DNA from: an uncultured Acidobacteriota bacterium
GTDB lineage: Bacteria > Actinomycetota > Acidimicrobiia > Acidimicrobiales > SHLQ01
Assembly (NCBI GenBank): GCA_963732655.1
Contig: CAVTAI010000003.1
Location: 4,940 to 68,939, forward strand
Length of the DNA: 64,000 nucleotides
Direction of reading: 5' to 3'
Each line of letters opens with the position of its first letter. Positions within the stretch are counted from its first letter, which is position 1. Below the pieces are notes generated by a model, which saw nothing but the letters and a program-made list of their open reading frames with translations, was not told where the DNA came from and ran no database searches. This document shows, piece by piece, positions 63,510 through 64,000 of the stretch. The position numbers and the translations under genes were made by a program.

Positions 63510-63947
63510 GTGGCCGACCAACTCTCCGGAACGGTGGTCGTCGGCGTCGGCGCCGACGGAACGGGCGACTACGCGGCGATGAGTGCCGCCCGTCTGGCCA
63601 ACCAACTCGGGTCGGCGCTCGTGATCGCGTGCGGGTACGAGCCGTCGGCCCTTGGCGGCGCCCGGGGTGTCCTACGCGACGAGATCGAGGCGGTCGCCAC
63701 CGAGGAGGTCGGCGCGGTGCGCGATGCCGTCGTGGCGTCGTTCCCGGGTCTCGACGTCTCGGTGGAGTATGTCGCGGATAGGGCGGTCGAGTGCCTGGTC
63801 CGGGTGGCGGACGAGCACGATGCGCTCGTCATCGTGGTGGGTCATGGTGGTCGTGGTCCGCTGTCGGGCGCCTTGCTCGGCTCCGTCACGTACGAGATCG
63901 TCCACCGGGCACCACGGCCCGTTCTGGTCGTGCCCGAGCCCGAGTAG
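63510..63947 (+). CDS. Universal stress protein (UspA family)
   Basis: C-terminal ATP-binding motif VVGHGGRGPLSGALLGSVTYEIVHRAPRPVLVV. Confidence 0.85.
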   Translation: MADQLSGTVVVGVGADGTGDYAAMSAARLANQLGSALVIACGYEPSALGGARGVLRDEIEAVATEEVGAVRDAVVASFPGLDVSVEYVADRAVECLVRVADEHDALVIVVGHGGRGPLSGALLGSVTYEIVHRAPRPVLVVPEPE

Positions 63948-64000
63948 AGTCACGGTTCCCTTCGGCGCCTGGCGCCGGTTCATCGATACGACGGAGACGA

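Overview
High-GC window with a gene set typical of Actinomycetota (mycothiol-type MDMPI enzyme, F420/LLM oxidoreductases, MMPL transporter, a conservon, methylmalonyl-CoA mutase). Coding density is high, and the many long antisense ORFs in the track are GC-driven shadows. Layout: (1) 1-6610 is the right end of an integrated element. It carries a type I R-M methylase (hsdM, runs off the left edge and is absent from the ORF track), a 422-aa orphan, a translationally coupled pair (a ~100-aa Cys/His protein plus a 514-aa protein ending in an ImmA/IrrE HEXXH peptidase) and a large serine recombinase that abuts the core gene for an Fpg/Nei glycosylase. (2) 6611-12233 holds core and catabolic genes (SCP2, esterase, MDMPI, two amidohydrolases). 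(3) 12418-17737 is a Liv-type ABC transporter. (4) 18298-28128 holds an LLM oxidoreductase, an MFS pump, PhoH2, mutAB and an acyl-CoA synthetase. (5) 28207-32455 is a four-gene conservon (sensor kinase, roadblock/LC7, DUF742, small GTPase). (6) 33370-35310 encodes a cellulose-synthase-like protein with a PilZ domain whose catalytic motifs look degenerate, followed by ileS. (7) 38544-42677 is an XRE / SBP-like / SBP-VWA / coiled-coil operon. (8) 42667-51422 holds a BVMO, an EAL protein, MMPL plus TetR, an LLM oxidoreductase, a PLP decarboxylase and an SDR. (9) 51692-55760 is the sulfate assimilation and siroheme cluster (cysH, sirC-like, cobA, sulfite reductase). (10) 55794-63947 holds two divergent AI-2E transporters, an M20 peptidase, an AhpD/CMD-family gene, tesB, an aldo-keto reductase, an APC permease and a Usp. 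Observations not explained by gene calls: five otherwise ordinary genes are broken by single-base frameshifts. A palindromic intergenic element with identical 17-bp termini occurs twice, and a 29-bp post-stop repeat occurs twice. G-run tracts with G-quadruplex potential sit upstream of mutA and cysH. There are several in-frame and intergenic tandem repeats. A 56-bp duplicated gene junction flanks the CMD-family gene, which looks like an insertion scar. I found no rRNA, tRNA or CRISPR array by eye. The best candidate for something undescribed is the coupled small-protein / ImmA-peptidase pair in the R-M island. That call rests on motif reading only and needs profile and structure searches.
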